A DNA stretch of 64,000 nucleotides from Neisseria sicca (GTDB lineage: Bacteria; Pseudomonadota; Gammaproteobacteria; Burkholderiales; Neisseriaceae). Location: NCBI RefSeq assembly GCF_014054945.1, contig NZ_CP059566.1:562036-626035 (forward strand), given 5' to 3'. Below the pieces are notes generated by a model. That model did no database searches, was not told where the DNA came from, and saw only the letters and a program-made list of their open reading frames with translations. Shown here piece by piece: positions 29,013 through 39,422 of the stretch. The position numbers and the translations under genes are program-made. Numbering within the stretch: position 1 is the stretch's first letter; each line of letters opens with the position of its first letter.

Positions 29013-29084
29013 AAATGTGTCTTATATTTAAGGTGTCGGTATGTCCGCCTCCTCATTTCCATTCATTTGATTGAAATTTCTCCC

Positions 29085-29957
29085 ATGCTCCGTTTCGCTC
29101 TATTCGCCGATATACATGGCAAATTCTTACTTCCTTTTAAGCTGGTACATCACTACCAGCAAATTACAGGCAAAAGCATAGATTTGATTCTCCAATGTGG
29201 TGATATGGGTGCTTTCCCCAGTAAAGATTGTATGGATAAAGCCACCTTGCGTCATGCTGCAAAAGATCGCAATGAATTGGGATTTATGGACGATTTTGTG
29301 CAACCGAATCCTCAAATCGCCCGATTTCTCGATAAACTTAATATCGATATGCTTTGCGTACGTGGCAATCATGAAGATCATGGTTTTTTAGACGAATTAG
29401 AACGGCAAAGCGAGCAGGCTGCTTTTACCATTGATGCTTATGAGCGCGTTTGGGTACTCAAAACGGGGGATTCGTTTGTGTTTCAAAAAGGAGGAGAATC
29501 GCTGGAAATAATCGGCATCGGCCGTATTGGCGATAGAAAACAACGACCTCATGGCGAATTTATCCAAGAATATGAACGTCAGAATCTGCGCCGTTTGGTT
29601 AAAGATTGCCTGAAAAGCAAACATGACCCCGATGTGCTGATTACGCATGATAAGTTTGGTGACAGCCAGCGCGGTTATGGCTCTGTTGAAATTGCAGAAG
29701 TGATGGATAAGCTTGCTTTTGCCTACCATTTTTACGGACATACTGGAGAAGCATATCAGCAAAATTTGGCAGACAACGGCATTACACAGTCGGTAAAAAT
29801 TAAAGAATTGGAATTTGACGGAGAGGGTAAGTTGTCGGAGGGGTGTATGTTGATTTTGGAAGTAGAGCAGCAGAAGGGTGACAAGCATTTTACGCTTTCA
29901 CCTGTACCATTAAACGAGATTATCCATTTTATGCGGGATACTTGGCGATATTACTGA
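29085..29957 (+). CDS. calcineurin-like metallophosphoesterase
   Basis: Start MLRFALFADIHG. GDMGAF, RGNHEDH and GHTG motifs. 290 aa. Confidence 0.7.
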   Translation: MLRFALFADIHGKFLLPFKLVHHYQQITGKSIDLILQCGDMGAFPSKDCMDKATLRHAAKDRNELGFMDDFVQPNPQIARFLDKLNIDMLCVRGNHEDHGFLDELERQSEQAAFTIDAYERVWVLKTGDSFVFQKGGESLEIIGIGRIGDRKQRPHGEFIQEYERQNLRRLVKDCLKSKHDPDVLITHDKFGDSQRGYGSVEIAEVMDKLAFAYHFYGHTGEAYQQNLADNGITQSVKIKELEFDGEGKLSEGCMLILEVEQQKGDKHFTLSPVPLNEIIHFMRDTWRYY

Positions 29958-30308
29958 TGTAAAAGGGGCGGATAAGGAAATCCGTCCTTTTATTTTGGTT
30001 GATTGTTTTAGATAGTTCGAACCCTTAATGATATTTGATTTGGAACCGCTGTAAGAAATGGTAACGGCAAAGGTAGTAGAGGCATTATCGGCTAATGGGC
30101 TGCTTAATAGTGCTCGGAATGAATGGCAAACAACTTACTAAATCAATATTTGTTTTCAGGCTGTCTTTTTAATACAATCTGTCCATGCTTTTCAAAGCGA
30201 TTAGCAGCGGCTCTGCGTGTTTAGCGGCAGGCAGAACTGTGCGGGCGGCGTGCCGATTCCGCATCCTGCGCTACGAAAGTGGCGGAAAGCAGAAAACCAA
30301 AAGCAAAA

Positions 30309-30380
30309 GCGTGTTTCGTCTAGTGGATAAGACGGCGGGCAACGGGTCCGCAAACGTGGGTTCGAATCCCATAGCACAAA
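30309..30380 (+). tRNA. tRNA-like sequence 1 (possible pseudo-tRNA; anticodon-loop caACGgg with A33)
   Basis: D-arm tcgtctagtggataagac, T-arm gtgggttcgaatcccat. Acceptor gcgtgtt/agcacaa, with two terminal mismatches and no CCA. Confidence 0.35.
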
Positions 30381-30388
30381 GCTGATGG

Positions 30389-30461
30389 AAGTGTTTAGCT
30401 CACTCGGTAGAGCATCAGAATTTCATTCTGACGGTAGCGGGTTCGATTCCCGCAACACAAG
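30389..30461 (+). tRNA. tRNA-like sequence 2 (anticodon TTC, Glu-like; atypical acceptor stem)
   Basis: D-arm tagctcactcggtagagca, anticodon arm tcaga-atTTCat-tctga, T-arm gcgggttcgattcccgc. Acceptor aagtgtt/aacacaa with two A-A mismatches and no CCA. Confidence 0.4.
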
Positions 30462-30463
30462 CA

Positions 30464-30539
30464 TTTGAATTAGCTCATTGGGTAGAGCAAAGGACTCATA
30501 ATCCTTGTGTAACAGGTTCGATTCCTGTATTCAAAACCA
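30464..30539 (+). tRNA. tRNA with CAT anticodon (Met or Ile2), encoded CCA
   Basis: Full cloverleaf: acceptor tttgaat/attcaaa, D-arm tagctcattgggtagagca, anticodon arm aagga-ctCATaa-tcctt, T-arm acaggttcgattcctgt, discriminator A + CCA. U1-A72 is unusual. Confidence 0.55.
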
Positions 30540-31007
30540 AGCCTGTCGGGGCTTTATCCGACACTATCCTGTCACGATAGAAAATGGTTTGTAAAACCGA
30601 CATTTATTGGTCTCAAAAACCAAAAACGCAGTACCGCAACCTGCTGCTGCCGCTTTCTGCGCGGCGCGGTGTCGGACGGCGTTTCAGGCAGCCTGCACCA
30701 TTGGGGTCGTCTGAAACCTATCCGCCGCCACACCGCAAGGACAACGGGCAAGGCTTGCGGCCCGGCTGACGCAAAGGCGGGCATGTTACCGGCGCACGGC
30801 AAAACGGTTTAGGCAAGATGTGAAACTTAAGCCCTGCGCTGCTTTCATGCTCCCCGATACACACACGGGCGCGCCGCCTCTGGCTGTTGCACAAGCGGCA
30901 GCGGCAGGTTGCCCCTATTTCTTCGGGTTGCCGTTTTCAGGCGGCCTGAAACGGGATTTGGGGCAACGGAAATGCCCAAGTCCAATCCATTTTAAAAAGG
31001 AAACGTC

Positions 31008-32993
31008 ATGTTCAAAAATTTCGTCGTCAAACCCACCGAACACCTTATCGTTCTGCTGGATGGCAGCCTGCACACCGTTCTCAATGCGGGGAAACACACT
31101 ATTTGGCATTGGGGCAAGGAAATTGAAACACACAAACAGGACGCGACCGTGCTGCATGTGCAGTGGAACGGCATCGGCAGTTTGTTGAAAATCGCTTCGG
31201 AACGCAAAAAGGCAGAAAAATTCCTGCAAATTGTCCATAACCCTGCCGGACACAATACACTGGTATGGCACGATGAAATGCCCGTATTCACCATAACCGA
31301 CAATACGGACTATTGGGCGTTTTTCCGTCCTGAAAAAGGCGAATTGAACACGCTCACGCTGGCGCACAACGAATACTGGCTGCCTGAAAACGTGCAGGAA
31401 ACGCTGCTGTTGCGCAACCAAGTGCCGTCAAACTGCGAGAAATTTGTTGTGGAGCAACACGAACGCCTGCTTATCCGCATCAACGGGCGTTTGCAGCGCG
31501 TGCTGGGCGAAGGGCGGTATCTGCTGCAAAGCAAGGCGAGAGCGAAAAATAACGAAATTGAAATCGAACGGCAACACACCGCCAACGCAATGTATCATCA
31601 ATGGGAAGACGCGCAGAAATGGGCGAAAGAGCAGCCTGAAAATCCGCAATGGCTGGTGCTGGAAAGCCCTGTGGGGCAAAACACGTTGGCGTGGCATCAG
31701 GATTTTGGCGCAAAGGTCGTGGCAAGCGGCGAACACGCAGCGTTTTGGTTGCCGGAAAATGGCGAAATCGAAACGCACACGCAGCCGAAAACCGAATACT
31801 GGCTGCCCGAAAATGTGCAGGCTGCTTTGCTGGCACACATCACGTTGGACAAACCCCTGCAAAAATATACCGTTAAAGCCAACGAATGCCTGCTGATTAC
31901 CGAGCGCAACCGCCTGATGCGCGTGCTGGGCGAAGGCGATTATGTGCTGCTGTTGGGCGAGGAACATAAAGCCCTGTTTGCCGATACAGGCATACCCGTG
32001 TATGAAAATACGGCGCAACTGGCGCAATGGGCGGCGCAAAATCCCGAACTCGCAGCGGCGCATTGGCAGCGCGTGGAAGCCGGCGAAAACGAATTGCTGC
32101 TGTGGTCGCAAAACGGCAAGCTGCAAAACCTGATCCGCCCCAAAGAAACAGCGTGGTTCTGGCGCGAAGCGGCTCAGCCGTATGAAATCCAACGTATTGA
32201 TTTATCCCAAGGTTTAGCAATCGATGCGGATACAGTGAAGCAGTTGCAGAACATCAATTTCGGCGGCCATCCTGTGTTTAAAAATGCAGTGCACACGGTA
32301 AACGTACCCGAACACCATCAGGGATTGGTCTATATCGACAACGTGCAGCAACCGCCTCTGACGCAGGGGCGTTACCACTATTGGCTGGTAAACCAGACGG
32401 TCGGCAGCCAAGTGGCGGATTTGCGTTTGCAGACTTGCGAAGTATCGGGACAGGAGCTGCTGACTGAAGATAAGGTTACCGTACGCGCCAATGTGGTGTG
32501 CAACTACCGGATTACGGACGCGCCCAAATGGTTTGCCCAGCATCAATCGCCCGAAGAATATCTCTACCGCGAATTGCAGTTCGCCATCCGCGCGCTCATC
32601 GGCAGTAAAAGTATGGACACACTGTTGGCGGACAAACAGGGCTTGGATACGGAGCTGACCGCGCTCATCCGCGCCAAAGTGCCGCTGGGCGCGGAAATCG
32701 ACAGTGCAGGTGTGAAAGACATTATCCTACCGGGCGAAATCCGCAGCATCTTAACGCGCGTAGTGGAAGCCGAAAAATCCGCCCAAGCCAACAACATCCG
32801 CCGCCGCGAGGAAACCGCCGCCACACGCTCGCTGCTGAACACCGCGCGCGTGATGGAGGAAAACCCGACTGCCCTGCGGCTGAAAGAATTGGAAACATTG
32901 GAAAAAGTTACCGAGAAAATCGACAAGATTTCCGTGTACGGCGGATTGGACGGCGTGTTGAAGGGCTTGATTAATATTCAGCAGCCGAAATAG
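31008..32993 (+). CDS. SPFH/band-7 (stomatin/prohibitin-like) domain protein with three N-terminal ~120-aa repeats
   Basis: C-terminal ~220 aa have the SPFH pattern (VTVRANVVCNYRITD...LGAEIDSAGVKDIILPGEI...EAEKSAQANNIRRREETAA). N-terminal region has three degenerate repeats, each containing (Y/F)WLPEN and RVLGEG(R/D)Y. Confidence 0.65.
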   Translation: MFKNFVVKPTEHLIVLLDGSLHTVLNAGKHTIWHWGKEIETHKQDATVLHVQWNGIGSLLKIASERKKAEKFLQIVHNPAGHNTLVWHDEMPVFTITDNTDYWAFFRPEKGELNTLTLAHNEYWLPENVQETLLLRNQVPSNCEKFVVEQHERLLIRINGRLQRVLGEGRYLLQSKARAKNNEIEIERQHTANAMYHQWEDAQKWAKEQPENPQWLVLESPVGQNTLAWHQDFGAKVVASGEHAAFWLPENGEIETHTQPKTEYWLPENVQAALLAHITLDKPLQKYTVKANECLLITERNRLMRVLGEGDYVLLLGEEHKALFADTGIPVYENTAQLAQWAAQNPELAAAHWQRVEAGENELLLWSQNGKLQNLIRPKETAWFWREAAQPYEIQRIDLSQGLAIDADTVKQLQNINFGGHPVFKNAVHTVNVPEHHQGLVYIDNVQQPPLTQGRYHYWLVNQTVGSQVADLRLQTCEVSGQELLTEDKVTVRANVVCNYRITDAPKWFAQHQSPEEYLYRELQFAIRALIGSKSMDTLLADKQGLDTELTALIRAKVPLGAEIDSAGVKDIILPGEIRSILTRVVEAEKSAQANNIRRREETAATRSLLNTARVMEENPTALRLKELETLEKVTEKIDKISVYGGLDGVLKGLINIQQPK

Positions 32994-33340
32994 GATTTTT
33001 GGCCGCCTGAACACGCCGCACGGCAGAAAAGCAGCCTGTACTTGGAAATTTGGAAGTGCAGGCTGCTTTTTTGGATAAAGTGTATGAGGTCTTTGCAATA
33101 ATATAAGTTACTAAATTTTTATGCTCAATATCATTTCCAAAATGAAAAACCTTTCTGATTTTTCCTACTTTTTACTCAATATCAGAAAGGTTTTAGTTAA
33201 TTGAAAATTTTTTGGCGTACTCTTAGGTGCCAAATTTCGTTAATAGACCATTTTTGCAAAGGTCTCTGTAAGTGGCTTTCTCAAATATGAGCTTTTCTGA
33301 CATTGCAGTAATAGATTGCGAAGTAGGATTTATTGAACAT

Positions 33341-33814
33341 TCAATACAAAATATGTTTCTTTAAATAGCCTGATTCAATCAGTGGGAAAACATCAGACAG
33401 CGGGGAAATCAATTTAACATCTGCGTGATGAATCATTACGTGTTCATTTTGGTTTAATTCATTCTTATATCTTCTGTACAAATTTTTATCATTATCGAAA
33501 AACCAAACTAAAGCATATATCTTCCCATGAATATTTTTTGATTCATGATATAACTTTCTAAATTTATCTCTATTTCCTTCTTTATTCAATCTTTCAAAGC
33601 TATTGCTTTGCGTGGATTTCGACCCTTCTTCTCCAATTAATTTACTTTCCAATGCTTTGGCATGGGCTAATCTTGAAACATCACTATCATTTTTACCTGA
33701 ACGAAAATTCATATTTCCTCCGGCTATTGCCGTAGTTAAGAAAAATAAACCTAACAGAGCTATGAGCATTTTCTGCCATTTCGTTTTGTCGGTTTTAAAA
33801 ATGAGGATTCCCAT
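33341..33814 (-). CDS. hypothetical secreted protein, low GC
   Basis: 157 aa, N-terminal signal/TM (MLIALLGLFFLTTAIAGG). The gene and surrounding ~700 bp are about 35% GC. Confidence 0.5.
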   Translation of the reverse strand: MGILIFKTDKTKWQKMLIALLGLFFLTTAIAGGNMNFRSGKNDSDVSRLAHAKALESKLIGEEGSKSTQSNSFERLNKEGNRDKFRKLYHESKNIHGKIYALVWFFDNDKNLYRRYKNELNQNEHVMIHHADVKLISPLSDVFPLIESGYLKKHILY

Positions 33815-33870
33815 AATAATGCTCCTTTCTGAGAGGTCGTCTGAAAAATCATTTTCAGACGACCTGAACT

Positions 33871-34116
33871 TTATTGCGGCAAGACAAGATTGTCTAACGT
33901 CAGATCCGCATCGCGCAAGCTTTGTATGTATTGCTCAAACACGGTTTGATAATCGTCCGACTGTATCACAGCGGAAAACATCGGTTGCTGAGGATGCTCG
34001 CCCTCGGGCAGTTCGATTAGCACGGCTTTGCCTTCCAAGTCGGCACATGTCGTCTGAAAACGGGGAAGGACAGAGGAAGGTTGTGGCGTGGCAGTAAGGT
34101 GGAGTTCGTAATACAT
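33871..34116 (-). CDS. small hypothetical protein
   Basis: 81-aa ORF with normal GC. Flanked by a DUS pair upstream (33830-33870). Confidence 0.4.
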   Translation of the reverse strand: MYYELHLTATPQPSSVLPRFQTTCADLEGKAVLIELPEGEHPQQPMFSAVIQSDDYQTVFEQYIQSLRDADLTLDNLVLPQ

Positions 34117-34138
34117 GGTTTCGGACGACCTTAATGTT

Positions 34139-34870
34139 CTAGGTTGTTTCGTTTATTTGTTTCGGTAGGCCGGATTGCAGGAAATCGGACATTTCGCGAT
34201 AAAACGTCATAACGGTTTTCATGTTTTGCCGTTCCGGTTCGCTTGTTTGAGGTCGAATGTTTATTTCATCTATCAATTCGCGCAACGGGCGGCGTTTGGT
34301 GGGATTGGCTTCGTCCAATATAAAATACAGAATTCCCCCGTCTTGTATCAACCTGCGGCGGGCATCCATTATATGACTGTTAAAAAATAGATTTTGAATC
34401 AGATTGGTGCGTTGTTCATCATTTTGTGGAGGTTTAGCGGTCTCAGGAAGCAACACGGTTTTGTTGCATATGCAGGACTGAGACTGATTGAGCGCAAAAA
34501 CGGGCAGGTAAAACATCATTAACATTGCCTTCAGAATGTCGCAGAAATGCTCTTCAGCCTCGTCATCGCCCTGCTGCAGACAAGCGGGAAGTTGGCAGGT
34601 TTGAAGGGTAAAGTCACATTCGCTGCGGCCTGTAGGCAAACCCAGTCCCAGATCCAAATAAAAATGACCGTCCAGTTCGATAAAATGCCATGGTGCGCGG
34701 TTGGCGCGTACGCGCGGCAGATGCAGATAGGGATTGCGGCAAATCCTTAGGTACAGGCGGATCAGATGGGCAATATTACCGCAATAAGCAGGGTTGAGTT
34801 GACGTACGCGGTTAATGCGGACGATCTTTTCTTTTGGACGGAGGAAGCAGGGCGGTTGTTTGGTTTTCAT
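34139..34870 (-). CDS. hypothetical protein
   Basis: 243-aa ORF, Cys-rich. No family recognised. Confidence 0.45.
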   Translation of the reverse strand: MKTKQPPCFLRPKEKIVRINRVRQLNPAYCGNIAHLIRLYLRICRNPYLHLPRVRANRAPWHFIELDGHFYLDLGLGLPTGRSECDFTLQTCQLPACLQQGDDEAEEHFCDILKAMLMMFYLPVFALNQSQSCICNKTVLLPETAKPPQNDEQRTNLIQNLFFNSHIMDARRRLIQDGGILYFILDEANPTKRRPLRELIDEINIRPQTSEPERQNMKTVMTFYREMSDFLQSGLPKQINETT

Positions 34871-34950
34871 TAGAATGGTTGGGTGGTTTTTGTCGTAGCC
34901 AGGTGTGTTTAAATTAGTTTGGCGTAGGGGGGGCGGTACGCACGCGGTTT

Positions 34951-35041
34951 ATTCTGTTAAGATGACCTCAATACTTTCTTTGAGGGTATATGAAATATTT
35001 GCTTTTTAACAACACCTTATTACTGGTCAACATGGAGGTTG
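34951..35041. repeat. ~90-bp repeat, copy 1 (ctcaatactttctttgagg...tttaacaa...aacatggagg)
   Basis: Shares about 75% identity with 35711-35800. Contains hairpin cctcaa-N8-ttgagg. Confidence 0.55.
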
Positions 35042-35379
35042 CCTGAAACACAACTTTCAGACAACCTTTATTGTAATGTGTTCAGCCGTCGTAACACCTA
35101 CGACGCATTAGACAACCTGATCTACCGCAGCTACCCGACGGCGAAAACCAATATGGCCTAGAAAACCAGCTCGTCCGCACCGAAATCAAAAAGCCCGCCG
35201 GGCCATACCAAGATTTAGACATACACCTAAGAGGTTACTAGCAAGACTATTTCAAAAAGTAGTCAGCAGCAAAAGAAGAAAGAATTAGAGGTGTCAGTGG
35301 AGTATATGTTAGAGACAGCAAAAGCTTGGTTTATGTTGAAGGAATATTCGAAATTATTAGATTACCTTAGGAGATTATC

Positions 35380-35703
35380 ATGGATGTGACATTATTTAAT
35401 TTTCAGACATTTTGGGAGGCAAACGCTGATGAAGACTATCGTGAAGATATTATCAGAATGTCTATTGCACTTATGACATTTCTTAAAAAGAATAGTTTAC
35501 TTATTGATATTGAACCCTTTAATGAGGATGGCTCTATCAAAGAAGATTTGATCATTCGAAAATCCAATGTAACTGATGAAGGATTCCAATTATTTGTTAA
35601 ACCAGTAAATAATTGGTGGAATGCTTTGGATAGGGGAACTCCTCCTGAGAAAGTTACTATTTTGGAGAATGGCTTGAAAAAAATTCGGGCTGCGAAAAAG
35701 TAA
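35380..35703 (+). CDS. small hypothetical protein, low GC (immunity-protein-like cassette)
   Basis: 107 aa, about 33% GC, strong RBS (aggagattatcATG). Bracketed by the two ~90-bp repeat copies. Confidence 0.5.
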   Translation: MDVTLFNFQTFWEANADEDYREDIIRMSIALMTFLKKNSLLIDIEPFNEDGSIKEDLIIRKSNVTDEGFQLFVKPVNNWWNALDRGTPPEKVTILENGLKKIRAAKK

Positions 35704-35710
35704 TTTTATA

Positions 35711-35800
35711 GTTCAGACGATCTCAATACTTTCTTTGAGGTCGTCTGAACTATTTGTTCTTTAACAATATTACTAGCAGTTAACATAGAGGTCGTCTGAA
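35711..35800. repeat. ~90-bp repeat, copy 2 (DUS-containing variant)
   Basis: gatctcaatactttctttgaggtcgtctgaac...tttaacaatattactagcagttaacatagaggtcgtctgaaaacc. Confidence 0.55.
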
Positions 35801-35909
35801 AACCGAATCCAAAGTCGTCTGAAAATCTACTTCGAACCCCATCAAGCATTTATAATCCTGCTTTTCAGACGACCTTTTGAACATCCGTTCTCTCAATAAA
35901 ATTGACCTT

Positions 35910-36536
35910 ATGAAACCCAAATTCATCACTCTGGACGGCATAGACGGCGCGGGCAAATCGACCAATCTTGCCGTTATCCGCCGATGGTTCGAATCCCACG
36001 ACCTTCCCGTATTGTTCACCCGCGAGCCGGGCGGTACGCCTGTCGGCGAGGCTTTGCGCGAAATTTTGTTGAACCCTGAAACCAAGGCGGGATTGCGCGC
36101 GGAGACGTTGATGATGTTTGCCGCGCGGCAGCAGCATCTGGAAGACGTTATCCTGCCTGCGCTGGCAGACGGCATTCATGTCGTTTCCGACCGTTTTACC
36201 GATGCGACTTTCGCGTATCAGGGTGGCGGGCGCGGCGTACCCCTGCAAGATATTGAAATGTTGGAAAATTGGGTGCAGGGCGGGTTTGGTCCTGATTTGA
36301 CGTTGCTGCTGGACGTGCCGCTGGAAGTGTCGATGGCGCGTATCGGGCAGACGCGCGAGAAAGACCGTTTCGAGCAGGAGCAGGCGGATTTTTTCACCCG
36401 CGTGCGTGCTGTTTATCTCGAACGCGCCGCCGCGCATCCCGAACGCTACGCGCTTATCGACGGCAACCGGAGTTTGGAAGAGGTGAGGGCGGATATCGAA
36501 CATGCGTTGGCGCGCAGTTTCGGTATGGATGTTTAA
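35910..36536 (+). CDS. tmk: thymidylate kinase
   Basis: MKPKFITLDGIDGAGKST P-loop. DRF/TDATFAYQ LID region. Confidence 0.9.
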   Translation: MKPKFITLDGIDGAGKSTNLAVIRRWFESHDLPVLFTREPGGTPVGEALREILLNPETKAGLRAETLMMFAARQQHLEDVILPALADGIHVVSDRFTDATFAYQGGGRGVPLQDIEMLENWVQGGFGPDLTLLLDVPLEVSMARIGQTREKDRFEQEQADFFTRVRAVYLERAAAHPERYALIDGNRSLEEVRADIEHALARSFGMDV

Positions 36537-36757
36537 AACCGAATGAAGGTCGTCTGAAAGGATACGTTTTTGCTTTGAGGTTGTTTGTTTCAGATGAAAA
36601 TAGCGGTATGCGCCGCATTGGGAACATGGTAAAATTACACGCTATTACAAAATAGGTTTATTTGTTAATAAATAAGCCGCTTTGTAATGCCAAACGTCCC
36701 GAAACCAACGTTTCAGACGACCTCGTCTCAACATCTCTCTCGCAACAGGATCGAAAA

Positions 36758-38038
36758 ATGGAAAACTCATTAAAAGAAGCCGCACTGAAATTTCACGAAT
36801 TCCCCGTGCCGGGTAAAGTCTCCGTTACCCCCACCAAATCGCTGGCCACGTCCAAAGACTTGGCTTTGGCGTACTCGCCGGGCGTTGCGGCTCCTTGTAT
36901 GGAAATCCATGCCGATCCGCAAAATGCGTACAAATATACCGCCAAAGGCAACTTGGTTGCCGTGATTTCCAACGGTACCGCCGTTTTGGGCTTGGGCAAC
37001 ATCGGCGCGTTGGCGGGCAAACCTGTGATGGAAGGCAAAGGCGTATTGTTTAAAAAATTCGCCGGTGTGGACGTATTCGACATCGAAATCGATGAAAAAG
37101 ACCCGCAAAAACTGGTGGACATCATCGCCGCGTTGGAACCGACTTTCGGCGGCATCAACCTCGAAGACATTAAAGCGCCTGAATGCTTCTACATCGAACG
37201 CGAATTGCGCAAACGCTGCAAAATCCCCGTATTCCACGACGACCAACACGGTACCGCCATCATTACCGCCGCCGCCGTATTGAATGCCCTGCGCTATACC
37301 GGCCGCAAAATCGAGGAAGCGACCTTGGTTTGCTCCGGCGCGGGTGCGGCTGCGATTGCCTGCTTGAACCAACTGCTCGATTTGGGTTTGAAACGCGAAA
37401 ACGTTACCGTTTGCGACTCCAAAGGCGTGATTTACAAAACCCGCGAAGACAAAGACCGTATGGACGAGTCCAAACAGTTCTACGCCATTGAAGACAACGG
37501 TCAACGCGTGCTTGCCGATGCCGTCAAAGGCAAAGACATCTTCTTGGGCCTCTCCGGCGCGAACCTGCTGACGCCTGAAATGCTGAACACCATGAACGCC
37601 AAGCCTATCGTGTTCGCCATGGCAAACCCGAACCCGGAAATCCTGCCGCCGCTGGCAAAAGAAACCCGTCCTGACGTGGTCATCGGTACCGGCCGTTCCG
37701 ACTTCCCGAATCAAGTGAACAACGTATTGTGCTTCCCGTTCATCTTCCGCGGCGCGTTGGACGTCGGCGCGACGACCATCAACGAAGAAATGAAACGCGC
37801 CTGCGTCTATGCCTTGGCGGATTTGGCGAAAGAAGAAGTAACTGAAGAAGTGGTTGCCGCTTACGGTAAAAAATTCGAATTCGGCGCGGAATACCTGATT
37901 CCGACCCCGTTCGACTCACGCCTGCTGCCGCGCGTTGCTTCGGCTGCCGCCAAAGCTGCGATGGAAAGCGGCGTGGCAACCCGTCCGATTGCAGACTTGG
38001 AAGCCTACGCTGCCAAACTGAGCGAATGGAAACTGTAA
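36758..38038 (+). CDS. NAD(P)-dependent malic enzyme (short form)
   Basis: Start [15 protein letters not shown]. Malic enzyme signatures: [56 protein letters not shown]. Confidence 0.85.
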   Translation: MENSLKEAALKFHEFPVPGKVSVTPTKSLATSKDLALAYSPGVAAPCMEIHADPQNAYKYTAKGNLVAVISNGTAVLGLGNIGALAGKPVMEGKGVLFKKFAGVDVFDIEIDEKDPQKLVDIIAALEPTFGGINLEDIKAPECFYIERELRKRCKIPVFHDDQHGTAIITAAAVLNALRYTGRKIEEATLVCSGAGAAAIACLNQLLDLGLKRENVTVCDSKGVIYKTREDKDRMDESKQFYAIEDNGQRVLADAVKGKDIFLGLSGANLLTPEMLNTMNAKPIVFAMANPNPEILPPLAKETRPDVVIGTGRSDFPNQVNNVLCFPFIFRGALDVGATTINEEMKRACVYALADLAKEEVTEEVVAAYGKKFEFGAEYLIPTPFDSRLLPRVASAAAKAAMESGVATRPIADLEAYAAKLSEWKL

Positions 38039-38066
38039 TCCGGTTTTAATTTGAATGTGGTGTAGA

Positions 38067-38102
38067 AAAGGTCGTCTGAAAATTTTCAGACGACCTTTTT
38101 GT
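38067..38102. terminator. bidirectional DUS-pair terminator between the malic enzyme gene and aroA
   Basis: aaaaggtcgtctgaaaattttcagacgaccttttt. Confidence 0.65.
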
Positions 38103-38123
38103 TTGGGTAAATGTCTTCCTACT

Positions 38124-39422
38124 TTAAACCGCGTCGGTCAGCGATGAGAACACTTCAAAATAAGTCGGGAAGGTTTTATGGGTGCATTTCGGGTCGTTGA
38201 TGACGACGGGTACGCCCAACAGGGAAACCAGCGAGAAACACATCGCCATGCGGTGGTCGTCGTAAGTGTCGATGACGGCGTCGGGCGTCAGTGTTTCAGG
38301 CGGGGTGATGTGAATCGCTTCGGCTTCTTCGACGACTTTCGCACCAAGTTTGCGCAACTCGTTTGCCATCGCGGCGATGCGGTCGGTTTCCTTGACGCGC
38401 CATGACCCGATGTTGCGCAGCGTACAGGTTTGTCCTGTGGCAAGCGCGACGATGGCGAGGGTCATGGCGGCATCGGGGATATGGTTCGCATCCAAATCAA
38501 AGGCTTGGACGGCACGTTCTTTCGGACGCGAGACTTCGACGAAGTTTTCGCCCCAAACCACATCCGCACCGATTTTTTCCAGCTCGCGGGCAAAGGCGAC
38601 ATCGCCCTGTATGCTGTTTGCGCCAATGCCGGTAACGCGGACGGGCGTAGCGGCAATCAAGCCGGCAGCGAGGAAATAGGACGCGCTGGAGGCATCGCCT
38701 TCGACGTGCAGGTGTTCGGGCGCGTGGTAGCGGGTATCTGCGGGGATTTTGAAGACGCGGTAGTCTTCATTGGCAACCTGTACGCCGAATTGCGCCATCA
38801 GTTTCAAAGTGATGTCGATGTAAGGCTTGGAAATCAACTCGCCGACCATACGGATTTCAAATGCCTGCCCGGTCAGCGGTAACGCCATCAAGAGGGCGGT
38901 CAGAAACTGGCTGGACACATTGCCTTTAATCGGAATCACACGCTCGCCGCGGTCTTGGCGCTCGCCGATATGAAGCGGTGGATAGTGTTCGTTGCCGAGA
39001 TATTCGACATCGGCGCCGGCAATCCGCAGCGCATCGACCAAATCGCCGATAGGGCGTTCGTGCATACGCGCAACGCCGTGCAGATGATAATCGCCGCCCA
39101 AAACGGCAAGTGCGGCAGTCAGCGGACGGAACGCCGTTCCCGCGTTGCCTAAAAACAAATCGGCAGTGCGGTTTGGAAATTGTCCGCCTGTGCCGTGAAC
39201 TTTCAGACGACCTTCGGCAAGATATTCGATTTCAACGCCGAGTTTATCGAGCGCTTCTAACATACGGTCGGTATCGTCGGATTTGAGCAGGGAATGGATT
39301 TCGCAAGTGTTGTCGGACAAGGCGGCAAGCAGCAGGGTGCGGTTGCTGATGCTTTTGGAACCGGGCAGGGCGACGGTGGCGGGTTTGAGCGAGGCGGCGG
39401 GGAGGCGGATGGATTCGGTCAT
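38124..39422 (-). CDS. aroA: 3-phosphoshikimate 1-carboxyvinyltransferase (EPSP synthase)
   Basis: Start [21 protein letters not shown] motif, with [13 protein letters not shown] and RVKETDR further on. Confidence 0.9.
   Translation of the reverse strand: MTESIRLPAASLKPATVALPGSKSISNRTLLLAALSDNTCEIHSLLKSDDTDRMLEALDKLGVEIEYLAEGRLKVHGTGGQFPNRTADLFLGNAGTAFRPLTAALAVLGGDYHLHGVARMHERPIGDLVDALRIAGADVEYLGNEHYPPLHIGERQDRGERVIPIKGNVSSQFLTALLMALPLTGQAFEIRMVGELISKPYIDITLKLMAQFGVQVANEDYRVFKIPADTRYHAPEHLHVEGDASSASYFLAAGLIAATPVRVTGIGANSIQGDVAFARELEKIGADVVWGENFVEVSRPKERAVQAFDLDANHIPDAAMTLAIVALATGQTCTLRNIGSWRVKETDRIAAMANELRKLGAKVVEEAEAIHITPPETLTPDAVIDTYDDHRMAMCFSLVSLLGVPVVINDPKCTHKTFPTYFEVFSSLTDAV

Noticed and set aside
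30185-30385. 66-aa ORF overlapping the tRNA-like array
   Set aside because: It lies across tRNA-like unit 1 and has no RBS, so it was rejected in favour of the RNA features.
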